Source: Amoebophrya sp. A120
Taxonomy: Eukaryota; Protista; Dinoflagellata
Assembly: GCA_905178155.1 (NCBI GenBank)
Contig: CAJINV010000001.1
Coordinates: 11,092,311-11,156,310 of the forward strand
Length of the DNA stretch: 64,000 nt
Direction of reading: 5' to 3'
The number at the start of each line of letters is the position of its first letter. Position 1 is the first letter of the stretch. Shown piece by piece: positions 48,568-60,308 of this stretch. The translations under genes and the position numbers were made by a program. The notes under the pieces are model-generated. The model was given only the letters and a program-made list of their open reading frames with translations, had not been told where the DNA came from and did no database searches.

Positions 48568-51500
48568 ATGAGTTGCCTTGATGCCTCCACCGAGGACCGC
48601 GGAATGTCGGTCCAATTTGGCGGATCGTCTGCGAGCTCGTCCTCGCACTGCGGCGGATCGACGTCCTCGTCATTAAGGACAAGTTGTAGTGCTCGAAGTA
48701 GGATGACCACGCAATCGCAAATAAAAACTCCGGGCGTAGCGTCCTCGTCGGCCAAAGGACCCGCTCGTATTGACCAGAGCATGGTGCGGACCAGGCGGGA
48801 AAAAATAAGACGAGGAGTCCGCGAAGACCGGAGGGCAGGCGCACGTCGGGCGGGGAGCGTGATCTCAGTTTCCGACACGAAGAACACTAGCTCTAGCACG
48901 GCGAGCTCGAGACCCTACCGTCGACGGATCTTTGCCGGGTGCGTCGCGCCTCTAGTTGCTTCAGGTGCCCTTTTGAACAAAAAACACGCAGGCTCGGGCG
49001 CGTCTCTGTGTCCTGCGGAAGAGGGCATCTGCGTCATAGATCCCGAAAGCAGCAAGGTGGTATTTTCGGCGCCAAAATGTGGAGCCTTCGGCGTGCAGTC
49101 CAAGTACACGATCCCCACGACTGGCGGCAGGTAAGACTCACTAGCATGAAAAGTGAATGTTGGTGATGATTGCTGCTATGAAAAGTGAATGTTGGTGGTC
49201 CATGTAGGTCAAAGATGATTGCTGCTATCATGCCTACCACGGCGCGGGCCAATATTTATACAAACGGATCTTCAAGAACAAATAAGCGATAGCGAAGGAA
49301 CTACGAAGCGAGGGAAGACCTCCGCGAGCTTGACGTGCGGAAAATATGTGATTGAAGATAAAAACAACAACGCAGCTCCGTCAGTAGTTTCGCAGAGGTG
49401 ATACCCGAGCCTGGTCATTTACTGCTCGAAGCCCGCACGTGTGACGCGTCGCACAGCTCCGATGCCTCCGCAGGAGAGTTGGTCAGTGCAGCGGCTCAAG
49501 GGAGTGGTGGCACAGCAACTTCCTCCGAGCTTGTCGCGGACGGCTTACCGGTCCTGAGTGGCTGTGCGTTTGCCAACTTGGATAAGCAGCTCCTGTACAA
49601 CAATCACCACCTGACGCTCCAAGGGTGTACTCCCAACAACGCTGCTATGGAAGCGTCAGGTTTGAAATCGTCAAAGTTGAAATAATTTGTAATGCATAAA
49701 ATGCATGACCTGAGGCACGTGCGTTGCAGAGTAGGCAAGTGAGGCCGATTGTAAGCCTGTTTGGGGTTACAGCTCGAGCTGCTGAAGTAGGATGAGGAAA
49801 TCGCTCTTCTTTGCCTAAACAGCATGACAAAGTGGATTTAGGGACCACCGAAGTTTGTCTTGCGCCACTTGGAAACTGGGTCCCAACTCGCATCCATTTT
49901 ATGCATGGCAAATTATTTCAACTTTGTCGATTTCAACTCTTACACATCCATAGCTGCCCCGAAAAGCCACACCGCCCAGTCCTCTACTAGCCTGGGCGCT
50001 CTGGCACTGCTTGAAAAAGAACACGGAGAGATTTCTAGGAGAAAGGGGGAGAATCACTATTTTGCGGCGTCACACCGACCCAGCGCACCAATGACCATTA
50101 GTTACCTGCAAACTTCGAAACAAAATCCCGCAGATGCGCCACAGCAGGTTTCTCTTTTTTATTTTTGATTCAAGGCCAGATAAGCATCAGGATTATAGCT
50201 GCCGCTTATTCCTCGTTGCCGAAAGAACTGTTTTGACTTTAGTACCTGTAGCTTGCTGGTGGTCTCTTGTCAGCTCCAGATCCACTGTTTCTCTCCTCCT
50301 CCGCAGACTTGTAATGCATTCAACTACCAAGGTCGTCTTCAAGGCACAAGGCTGCAAAATGTTTATCACTTTCGTGGGCGGCGTAACATCTGCAGTGGAA
50401 AACCTTGGAAATTCAACAGTTGAGGTAAATTCTGGTAGGATTTTCATTCTCGTTTGGTTGATGCCACGGTTTCCTCAGTGGCTTTGGCGCTTCTAGTTGT
50501 AGTTGTGCGTAGTTGCTTCAGATTGTTATTTGATATCATGAGACCTCCGAAAGAACCTTCGCTCTTCTTGTACGTAGTGGTATCGATAGATGATCTTGAC
50601 AACCAACATCAACCAACATTTACAATTGAGGACGACACTTTCGTTCGCAAAGAGCAGAATGTTGCGGCCTCGCAGTTATACACCCATGTACTGGTGTAGT
50701 CGTGATCAGCTATTGAATATAATCAGGTGAAGAACTGTGCTCGCACCGGACATCAGATGGACCAGTATGGCATTCTGGTGTCCGGCATCAACTGCGAGGC
50801 TATTGACCTGCAAACGCCAGAGCAGGCAAACGTGCGCACGGAGGGCAACTTCACGCTGACGCAATGCCAGAAAACCAGCGTGCTGCAGGGTCCAGACGTG
50901 GACATCACCGCCAACCCTGCTGTAGCAGCTGCAGCCGCCGGAGCCGCCGGAGCAGCGGCAGCCGCGGGTGGTGGAACGCCCACACCAGCTGCAGGCGGTG
51001 GTGGACCGGCGCTACCGACACTGAAGCAGGAGCCCGTTGTGATGAGCAATCCGGGCGGCGTGGTTGCGGTGCCGAGTCGCGAGCTGCCACCGCGGGAGGC
51101 GCCTGCTGGGGACCACCAGGAGGTCGCGCGGGGAACTCCGGTACCAACGCCCTCGTCCGGCGCGTCGTCGTCCGCGGCGACAACTAGCAGTGCCGTCGTG
51201 CCAACTGCTGCTACTTCAGCGACGCAGCGGACTAGGACACAGGGAAAGGAGATCGCCGCAGACGAGCTGAAGAAAGTTGTCGAGAGTGCGGCCGAGGAAC
51301 TCATGAAAGCAGCCCCAAGGAAGAAGGAAAGTACAACTTATTTTTGATGCGACAATCGTTGCATTTCTAATTATTCCAATTTCACGGTCAGGCTCAGGAG
51401 GTGGATTGTCTGCTAAACAAAAAATGCAGCTGCGTCCAAAGATTTTTTATCGCCTTGGTCTCTTGTCAGGTGGAAGTGGAACGGCAGTGGCGACAAGCTT

Positions 51501-54500
51501 TCTGCAAGAGCAAATGTTAGCTTCGGGGACAGCAGCACCATCACTAGGCGCACCGCAACCACTCGGGGCTGATGTGGGGTATTGAATGTCACTAAGTTTC
51601 ATGTTTGGACGAACTTATCTGCATTTTTACATCATAGGCTCCGCTCTGCAGAGAGCGACACTTATAACATCACTAGCCGAAGAAAAATTGCAAGAGAGAT
51701 GGCGCGCAACAAGCAGATGACTAGAGTCAATCGCAGATCATTTTTTTTTCGGAAAGTTCCGGGTCAGTTCTAAAATGAAGTTGTACAGGATGAGTGTATG
51801 CCTTCTGAACGCATTTCCATGTCGCGTCAATAGTTTCACACGCAACGTCGCCTCGCTGCTCTCACTTCAACGAATGTTTCATGCCATATCACACGACAAG
51901 CAGAAGCACGGTCAAGTTTGATTAGCTATGGATCTCTTCGATAGTAAGAATCAGAATGAGGATATTACGACACATGTTCAACATGGTGCGCTCCAAGAGC
52001 ATGTAGCACGACAGAAAAATCAGAAACAAGTACGAGGTGCCTCAGGGATACTTTTCTCTGCTGGCGGAAGCAAGTCTAGACTCTTGACCTCTCTGGGCTT
52101 GCGTGGAGTTGGTCTGTTCTCCCCTCATCGGGCCTCGCTTTCCTCTTACGAAGAAAATAAGTACAAATAGAACCGGGCCGGTTTTGGAGCACTTTGTGTT
52201 TGCTCGCCACATTCTTATTGACGATCATCCAATTTATTATCTCAACCAAGATCGTGCTTTCCTCTTGCTCACAGCTTCGTGTAGTACAAAAAAGTCTGTT
52301 GCTTTTCCCGTTCGACGTATCTGTGCTTCTGTAGTGACTATGAATGGTACTTGGAGGACTTGGTTAGAAGTGTTGTCGTCTCATTGATTCCAGTATGCTT
52401 GTTTTCGAAGTTTAGTATGGTTTTTTTCTTGATAATCCAATTTGTGTGCGCCTCGTTGCTCTTGCTCTCGTGGGTAGAAAATGACGTGCGTCTTGATTGT
52501 CTCACAATCCTTGCTCCTTGTAACCTCCAAACGAACACGACAGACTCGTCGGCGCGGCGCTGCTTCAGAATCTTCCGCAGTGGGATCTGACGGAAATTCG
52601 ACGCACTTTGCAGGAGATACGCCACGACGATGCGCCTCCATCAGCAACCGATAGGTTGACTAGAAAAACACCAAGCACGACAACCTCGTATAATCCGGCG
52701 CGGGAAATAAAAACGGCCGAGGCCAGCACCGGAATTCCGATACGGAGCGCGTTTAACATTGCGAGCAGACAAAGCGACCCAGGCAATGGGCAGAAAAATA
52801 AGGACGTCGACCCTATGGCCGGTGCGGCGTCGCAAATGCACCGTCCCGGAGCGGAGCCGGTCGCTCCTTCAGCGGTATCGAGTGCGCGGTCGCCTTCCGG
52901 CGCTGTTGTCACTTCCTTGCTGCAAGAGATGGCCTTGCAACTCGCGGCCATCGATCGCACGATGGATCAGCGAACGCAGGGCGAAGCCGCATCGGAGAGG
53001 ACGGGAGCAGAGACCAAAGAGGTGACATTCGCAGTAAAGATCGGGAATCGTGATAGCGCGGCTAGTGGCACCGGTGATAATGATCGCGACGAAACCACCG
53101 CAGCTGCGCCAACAGCCGCAAGCTTGGCAGAAAAAGCTCGAGAAATACTGGCAGAGCGCCGAAGTCAAGAAAATGGGAGAGAGGACGCCGACGCCGTCGA
53201 GGGTCGCAGTAGACTCGACGGGGCTAGTGACGACCAGGGAGAGGAACAAGCAGATGGTAGCTCCAGCAAAACAAATCAAGTACCACCTCCGCCAGGCGCA
53301 CCGGCCGCACAACCGGGAGCAGGTACGCCCACGGGAACCCCGGGAGGTCTTCCACCGATGCCGCCTCTGAGTGTTCCCTTGCCCATGCCACCAGTGGCCG
53401 GGCTAGTTGGAAGCACGCAACAGCCACCGACGCAAAGCGGCTCACAACCAGCGCCTGCAGGGGCGGGCGGGCCGGGTGCTCCGGCGAGCGGCAACAGCGC
53501 ACCGAGTCCGCCGAACACAAACGGCAACAGCAAACCCAATCCGGATTGTGACGACAAAGAACAGGACCCGGTGCCCGATTTTTGCAAAAGCGCCGCACTG
53601 GTCACGAATGCAAACGACAACGCGCAGACACCCCCGCAGACCGCACCATCGGGCGAAAATTGTGACGCAGCGCGCACGCGGTACCGCAAAGCATTGGCTG
53701 AAGCGGGCACTGCGATCGCTAACGCGGTTTGCCAGAACGGCAAGTTGTTCAAGACCGACGCGTTCAAGTACAGGTGCAACCAGAGTCCCTGCACCCAGGA
53801 CGACGACGCGGTTTGCTGCGACGGCGAGACGTCGAACTTCATGGACTTTGCGGTGATGGACCAGACCAAAGGGAAATTGGATTTCAGCTCGGGGAAGTGC
53901 GGGTCGATTACCGTCACGGGCGGGGACGTCAACCTGTCTGTGCCGAACCGCCCGGGCACGAAGGTGACCGCGTGGGACTGCCAGAGCACGGAGCACGACC
54001 CGTCTTCCGGGGGCACTGCACCGGACACGCTGGACATCACTGTACGTGGCTGCACCAAGGTCGAATCCGACCCGCCGGGAATACGTATTGCAAAAGCATC
54101 GCAGTAGTACGAAATTCGGAAGGATGCTGTGTTTATGGATAGAAACTTGAACTGAAGATGAAGAAGAATTGGCCTTGTATGAAATACTGCTGCTTGTTAT
54201 GTGACTGCCGCTTGTCTTTGACATGTACTGTCCCTGCAGCAATTCAAATTGCTACTATACCATTGAGCTCCTGTGCGATTGCGGCATTTTTGCAATGCAC
54301 AGGGGAACGACAACAACAATTTGGTGGAGAGCAACGACGGGAAGCACACGGTGAACATCATGGCGAAGGCATGCCAGGGCACTAAGATCGTCAGCGAGCA
54401 GCGGGAGAATACGGCGAACTGCAAGGAGGGCGACAACGTGAATAGTGTGGCCTGCAGCAACATGGGCCGCAGCCTGGGGTCATCCTGCACCTGCATGTGG

Positions 54501-57405
54501 CACGGAGTGGCGTACCCGGGCACATACCAGGCAAACGTGTCCGGGCAGACCTTCGACGCCGCCGCCGCGCCGCCGAAGCCGGTTCTGGGGATCAGCAAGG
54601 ACCCGCTGGCGTGCGTCTGCGCCATTACCGGCGACTTCGATCCGAAGCCGTTGCCGGGAGACATTACACCGTGGACGCCGACCGGGATGGGCTACTGCAC
54701 GGACGCGAAAAGTAGCCGGCTCTCTATCGTGCCGTTTCCGCGGGCCTCGGATAACATTCTGGCCTGTCAGTACCTTTGCCAGAACGACGAGACTTGTACC
54801 GGGATGGACTGGCGGGAGGGGTCGCGGGTCCAGACGGCCATGTGCGCGCTCGTTCTGGAGAAAACGGCGCAAGGCGCGGCCACGCAGGCAGACGGGAACG
54901 CGGCGTCGAGCGTCAGCTGCTACGTACGCCCCGGCCAGACGGTGGCTGCGCCTCTGATCCCAACTTCGGTGACAGCGACAACGACGGATGCTGGTGCAGC
55001 CGGCGCAGCGGCCGCGGCTTCCGCGGGCACTTCTGCGCTTCTGCAGTTGCAAGGTACTGCTTTTGGAGGGCAGACGCCAGCGGGGGGAACGTCTTCCTCT
55101 TACATGAAGATCGGACTCGGAAACCGCCCGTGCCAGAGCGAGCAAGCGGGCGCCGAAGTCACCTTCATTGACAAACCGGCGGCCAAGTCGCGGGACGATT
55201 GCTTCGCGGAGTGCGACAAGATGGGCGGCTCGTGTGTCGGCTTCGAGTGGTCCATTCCGACCGGCATCGCGGTGCCATCCTCTCTGGTTGCAACGCAGTG
55301 CCGGCTCGTATCTGCGCCAACCAGGCTCGCGACGCGCAGCGTGGAGGAGCCGGGCAGCGAATTCTTCAAGGAGTGCTTCATCAAGCCGAAAAACCCGATC
55401 GAGTCCTACAATGAGGTAGACATATGCATGGAGTTTATTCTGCAGCGGTTGCTTGTGTTTGTTGTACGTTCTTTTGATGTTGCGCGAGTTGGAATTGTTT
55501 ATGCGTTGGACAACAAAATGAAAATGCATGATCGTGATTAAGATCATTGACGTATCGACCTTCATCCAGGTGGGGTCTGGTGCATGCAAATCCGGTAGCG
55601 CGCCTTCGGAAGGCGGCGCAGCGCTGCAAGCCAGCCCGATGGGCTCCGGTCTCAGTTACTCCAATTGCGCGTTCCTTTGCCAAGGCGAGGCCCAGAGCGG
55701 TGGCGGTTGTCAGGGATTTGCATACGATTTTGTGCAGTGGACGTGCACGTTGTATTCTGGTGCATCAGCATTGATCGCGGCGGGAGACGCAGGAATCAGC
55801 GACCTCTCCTACTCAAAACCCTTCTGCTACTCGAGCCTCGTAGTTGTGACGGCTAGTCCCGCAGCAGCAGCAGCAACCGCCGCGGCTCAGCAGTTGGCAA
55901 CCACGCAAGCACCGACTGGCGCAGCAGTTGCCAGTGGCGCATTAGCGCCGACAGGAGCAGCTGGCGCTGCCGCACCAGGTCAACCACCCGTTGCTGCTGT
56001 GCCACCGGCCGCTGTTGCGGGTGTTCCACCAGCCGCCGCGCCACCTACGCCCGCATCTCCAGCAGGAGCAGCAGCCTCTTCCGTCCCTCCTGCCACACCA
56101 CCAGGCACGGTGCCACCAGCAGCCACGGCGCCAGCTTCTGCCATTAAGGCACTACAGGACGCCGGAATCATCCCTCCAGGCCTAGACGCGCAGGGCATTG
56201 CAGATATTTTGGCAAAAGTTTCGAATGGCGCAATCGCGAGCGGAGCTGCACCACCCGGTGGAGTTCCCGCACAGCCTGGCAATTCTTCGCAGAGCACAGT
56301 TGCGCCTCCGGGCGGCGTACCGGGTGGAGTTCTCCCGAGCCAGAACGCAACAATAACAGGAACAGCCACGACGACAGGGCCAGCGCTGCAAGGTAGTTCC
56401 GGCGCATCGGCATCAACAAGCGCGCCACCTGGGGCTGCTGGTGGTGCGGCCACTACCGTCGCACCAGGAGGAACGGCACCGCCAGGGTCATCATCAAACA
56501 CCACAGCAGGTAGCAGCACGGGCGTGGCACCAGCTGCAAATGCCAGTGCAGCAGGAGCAGTAGTTCCGGCAACTTCTGCCGCTGCTGCCAATGCAACTTC
56601 CACGACCACAGGAGCAGGAGCAGCCGCTGGTGCGGGTAATACCTCAGCCACGACCGCCGGAGGAAATGCAAATGTTACTGCCACGACGGCAGCGCCGCCG
56701 GCCGGCGGCGCTGTAAGCGGTACTAGTAACGCAACCGTTGATGCCAACAGCACCAGCCCCAGCAGCAAGAGCGCCGCACTCCTCGTGCGAGAAAGTCGGG
56801 AAGAGGACGGGGAGTTCCTCTCCACACCGAGTGGGCAGCAGGCAGACCGAATCTATGAGGAAGAAGGCAAGGACGAGCAAAATCTACCCGCAGACGAGGA
56901 GTTCGAGGGTCCCTCATCATCGAACCGGGCGTTTCTTTCCGACGTGGCGGAGGACGGGTCCGAATTGCCGCCGCCAGAAGAAGACCAGGAAAGGCCGCCC
57001 GCCCTGGGTGATTCGGTGATGCTGAGCGAACAGGGAGCGGAATCAGAGGACGTCCCAAGTGCTGATTTTCAAGACCATCAGTGGTTCGGCTCCGACGACG
57101 GCGTGGGCGACTCGTTGGGAGAGTTCCCCGACATACCCGCATCCGCGGCTTTCATTCAACAGCGAACTACCGCCAGATCCGCGGCGGAGGTGGAACAGCA
57201 GAGACCCCCGCGGGGACGTGGTTTTCGTGATGTTGATGACAATGAGTGGGCGTACGCGGACGCGGAGGCGCAACGAGAAAAGGATCAAGCGCTAGAGGCA
57301 GCAGATGCCCCGCCGACGCTCAGTAGCATCTTTGCCAAGTCGGAGCAGGTAAATCTCCAGGAACGGGCGCAGCTTCTGCGAGACATGCCCAGTGACGAAG
57401 CATAG
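48568..57405 (+). CDS. Large multi-exon adhesin-like protein: Cys-punctuated beta repeats, three PAN/Apple-like domains, Ala/Pro/Thr mucin-like region, acidic tail
   Basis: PAN-like CxxxC...C patterns: CQYLCQNDETCTGMDW, CFAECDKMGGSCVGFEW and CAFLCQGEAQSGGGCQGFAY...CTLY. Hydrophobic segment IFAGCVAPLVASGALL. Introns include 49131-49286, ~49660-49953, 50426-50726, 54085-54300 and ~55416-55569. Confidence 0.7.
49641..49957. mobile_element. Introner/MITE-like fold-back element forming an intron
   Basis: 46-bp inverted repeat (49662-49707 / 49891-49936, 4 mismatches) extending imperfectly to GCTGC direct repeats at 49641 and 49953. Confidence 0.75.
54085..54300 (+). other. Non-canonical GT-AC intron with paired ends
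   Basis: C|GTATTGCAAAA...TTTTGCAATGCAC|AG; the join gives PPGI-Q-GNDNNN. The adjacent AG (54301-54302) would be out of phase with this donor. Confidence 0.7.
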
Positions 57406-59032
57406 CGGGGGTGGCCGGAACTGCAAATATCTCTCAAGATGAACGCTGTGCATCTGGTAATTGATCGAAAAGCGCATGTGCAAATCTAGTAGAATATAGA
57501 ATTTAAGAATTGTATTTTGACATACAACTATACTTACAACAGCAGCTTTAGCTGCGGATTCAAGTACGCAAGTTTCAGTTTCAAGATTCGTTACATTATG
57601 ATGCGAAAAGCTTCTACGTATGCTGTTGCTGTCGCTGCGTAAAAGTCTCGCACGGTCATAAAGGCTAAGTTTTATGTTTCAGTTGCTCAACGCGGCGCAC
57701 AAGAAGCGACGTAGTTGCAGTGTGGAATTTTGTTGAGAGTTATGTCGTTCCAAGAAAAGCGTCACATTGAATCTACAAGGTAAAGAAACAGAAGAAATAC
57801 AGAAAGGAACTAACCAGTTTTGTAAGCGTAAACCTAAACGGGAAAACAGGAAAGCGAAAGTAGAAAGCAATCCCACTTTTGCTTGTTAACTTATGAAGAG
57901 TGAAAGATAACCTGGCTGCCACCAAGTGGTTTTTTTTTTCGTTTTTTCATCTCGTCTTTTTTTCATCTCCCAAATGCAACTGTATCAAGCAGGTAGAACA
58001 TCATGGAAGGAAATTTTTTATCATTGCGTGTCGTCTGATTTGAAGAATGCCTCTTCCGCCCGTTAAGTGTTGTCATGTACAGACAAGTGGGGATCGGATT
58101 TACAAAATGCAGATGGCAACGAACCACATATACTACAAGAATGCACATGGAGCCAGCGCTTAGATAGATCTAGAACCTCAAAATAATCGCAATGTACTTT
58201 ATGCCACTGTACATATAGAATTTTAGGGAACAACAACAAAAATAAATAGGAAAAGAACAAAAGTGCAAGAGTGAAAAGCACCCACTTATGCTGCACCAGT
58301 CAAGCCCATAATTGATGATAATGTTGTGTCTTCATCGCTCGTAGTCTTTCCTGCTCTGTGCAGTACAGTACCGTGCGCGGTGACGTTTGCTCCATCAGGG
58401 TGCAAGAACTGAAAATGGGATGGAGATTCTTTGTCGAAATCGCTCTTTGGCAGTAGACTCGAAATCGTACATGTCGTTTTTGGCGCATTCGTTTTCGTCG
58501 GATAAAACTGAGAGTTATGGAAAGTTTTTCTGAGAAGTGTTGTCGTCATCTCCTTCCTTTCGTTTGTTTCGTCGGCCGGTTTTGTTGAAGATTCACTGCT
58601 AGTGCTAATAGTTCTAATTCCACCGTTCTCGTTGCCGTGCTACCACGACCCGAATCCCAGTTTGAGTTTTCGCTGGCGGTAGTGCACACATCGCGTGCTC
58701 ACGATGCACATCGATGATCGTGCCACTTCGGAGACTTCGACTTCCATTTCCAGATATCCCCTGTTTTACTTCTTAGACTAGACGGACTTTGCCGAGCTCC
58801 AACTCGTCTCAGCAGCTGGCAAATAATTAGGTGGCTTTTTATTGCTACTGTCACTTTTAAAGCAGCACATCCACAGTCACAAAAGAACGAGAATCTAAAT
58901 ATCTCAAGCAAACCAATGGTTTTTGCGCATTTGCATAGCGGAACCGCATCTGGTTTTCTCGATGCCTTGTGGTCTTCACCAGAACAAGTTTCGTCCACAA
59001 CCTCCTCCCGTTCCTTTTCTACTTTCGCGACC

Positions 59033-59572
59033 ATGCCCCCAAGACGAGTGAGGGTGAGTATCAGGACAAGAGAAACGAGCTTTTACGACGTTCCCGGTCC
59101 CGAGCAGGACATGGACTGGCGGCCCCCGATATTCGACCCACAGTTGAAATACTTCATTGACCTCGCACGGAACAACTTTGAAAAGGTCACGATGGCACGG
59201 AAGTCAGCGCAGATGGCCGCCCACATTGCGAACCTGGCGAGCACCGCCGCGATCGTCAAAAGCCACCAGCTCGTGTACGACATCAAGCATCAGAGTATCC
59301 GGCCAGAGAAGGAAACCCTTGACAGCGTGGCCCTGGACGAACTCGACGCCACCCGGCGGTGCGCAGACACGGGGTACTGTAGTCCCACGCCCGCGCAAGC
59401 GAAGATGTGGGACAAGTTTCTCGACGCCCGGGGATCCCATGCGGAGGAACCCGAGATCAACGCGGACACGATATCGGTACCAGGTGGTGCAGAAGATGCG
59501 GAAGCGGGAGGAGGTGCGGATGAGGCATCTGCACCAGAGCCCGTAGGGGAGGAGCAGGTGGTGCAAGTTTGA
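59033..59572 (+). CDS. Small intronless protein of unknown function
   Basis: ATG in ACCATG context after a pyrimidine-rich leader; GC3-rich codons; acidic tail. Confidence 0.7.
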   Translation: MPPRRVRVSIRTRETSFYDVPGPEQDMDWRPPIFDPQLKYFIDLARNNFEKVTMARKSAQMAAHIANLASTAAIVKSHQLVYDIKHQSIRPEKETLDSVALDELDATRRCADTGYCSPTPAQAKMWDKFLDARGSHAEEPEINADTISVPGGAEDAEAGGGADEASAPEPVGEEQVVQV

Positions 59573-60308
59573 GAGCTGGTCGGCTCGCGTTGCAGTGCGA
59601 TTGAGCGTCAAAATCAAGTTGCGAAGATGTAAAGCTCAAGGTGAAGAAGAAGATCACAAGAGGAAGAGCTGTTAGTGTTACCTATGCGTGTTGCTCCACA
59701 TGATTGAGTCTACACTGAAACGGTTTTTTCCAGCAGTGAACAAGGAGCAATTTAGACGGCCTATTTAGGCAGTGTTGGTACACTTTTCTTCTCCTGTTGC
59801 GCATTGATTTGCTCCCCGTCTCCGCGATGGTTCACCTGCGAGAGTGGGAGTGCGCTGTTTGTGCTCGTTCTTGTTTCTTACTGTGATCAGACTATTTTTT
59901 CAATTTCATGTTCAAGTTAGGAAAGAACAATCACGATCTGTCACTGTCTCGTTTCTATTGATCCAACTTCCAGAAGCGAGAGCGACAACCTTTCGACCTG
60001 TTTTTTACAGTGTGTTTGTCACTCAAACTCCATGCCAATTGCTTCGTTCAGATGTTCGCGTTATGTTGGGGACGATCTATGATCATTTACTTGATTCGGA
60101 TGAGCACGACTCTGATCAAACAGCATGAAGTTCCATGAGGACAAAAACAGATCAAACTACATCAACAGTATAGTGAATATGATTTCGATATAAAAGTTTC
60201 GATCTGTACAGCTCTATCTGCTACCAATAAATATTCCATTACCATTCGCATACCACGTTTGACCTGATTCATTTAGGGAATAATTGCAAGAACGGGGCAT
60301 CGCTCAGC

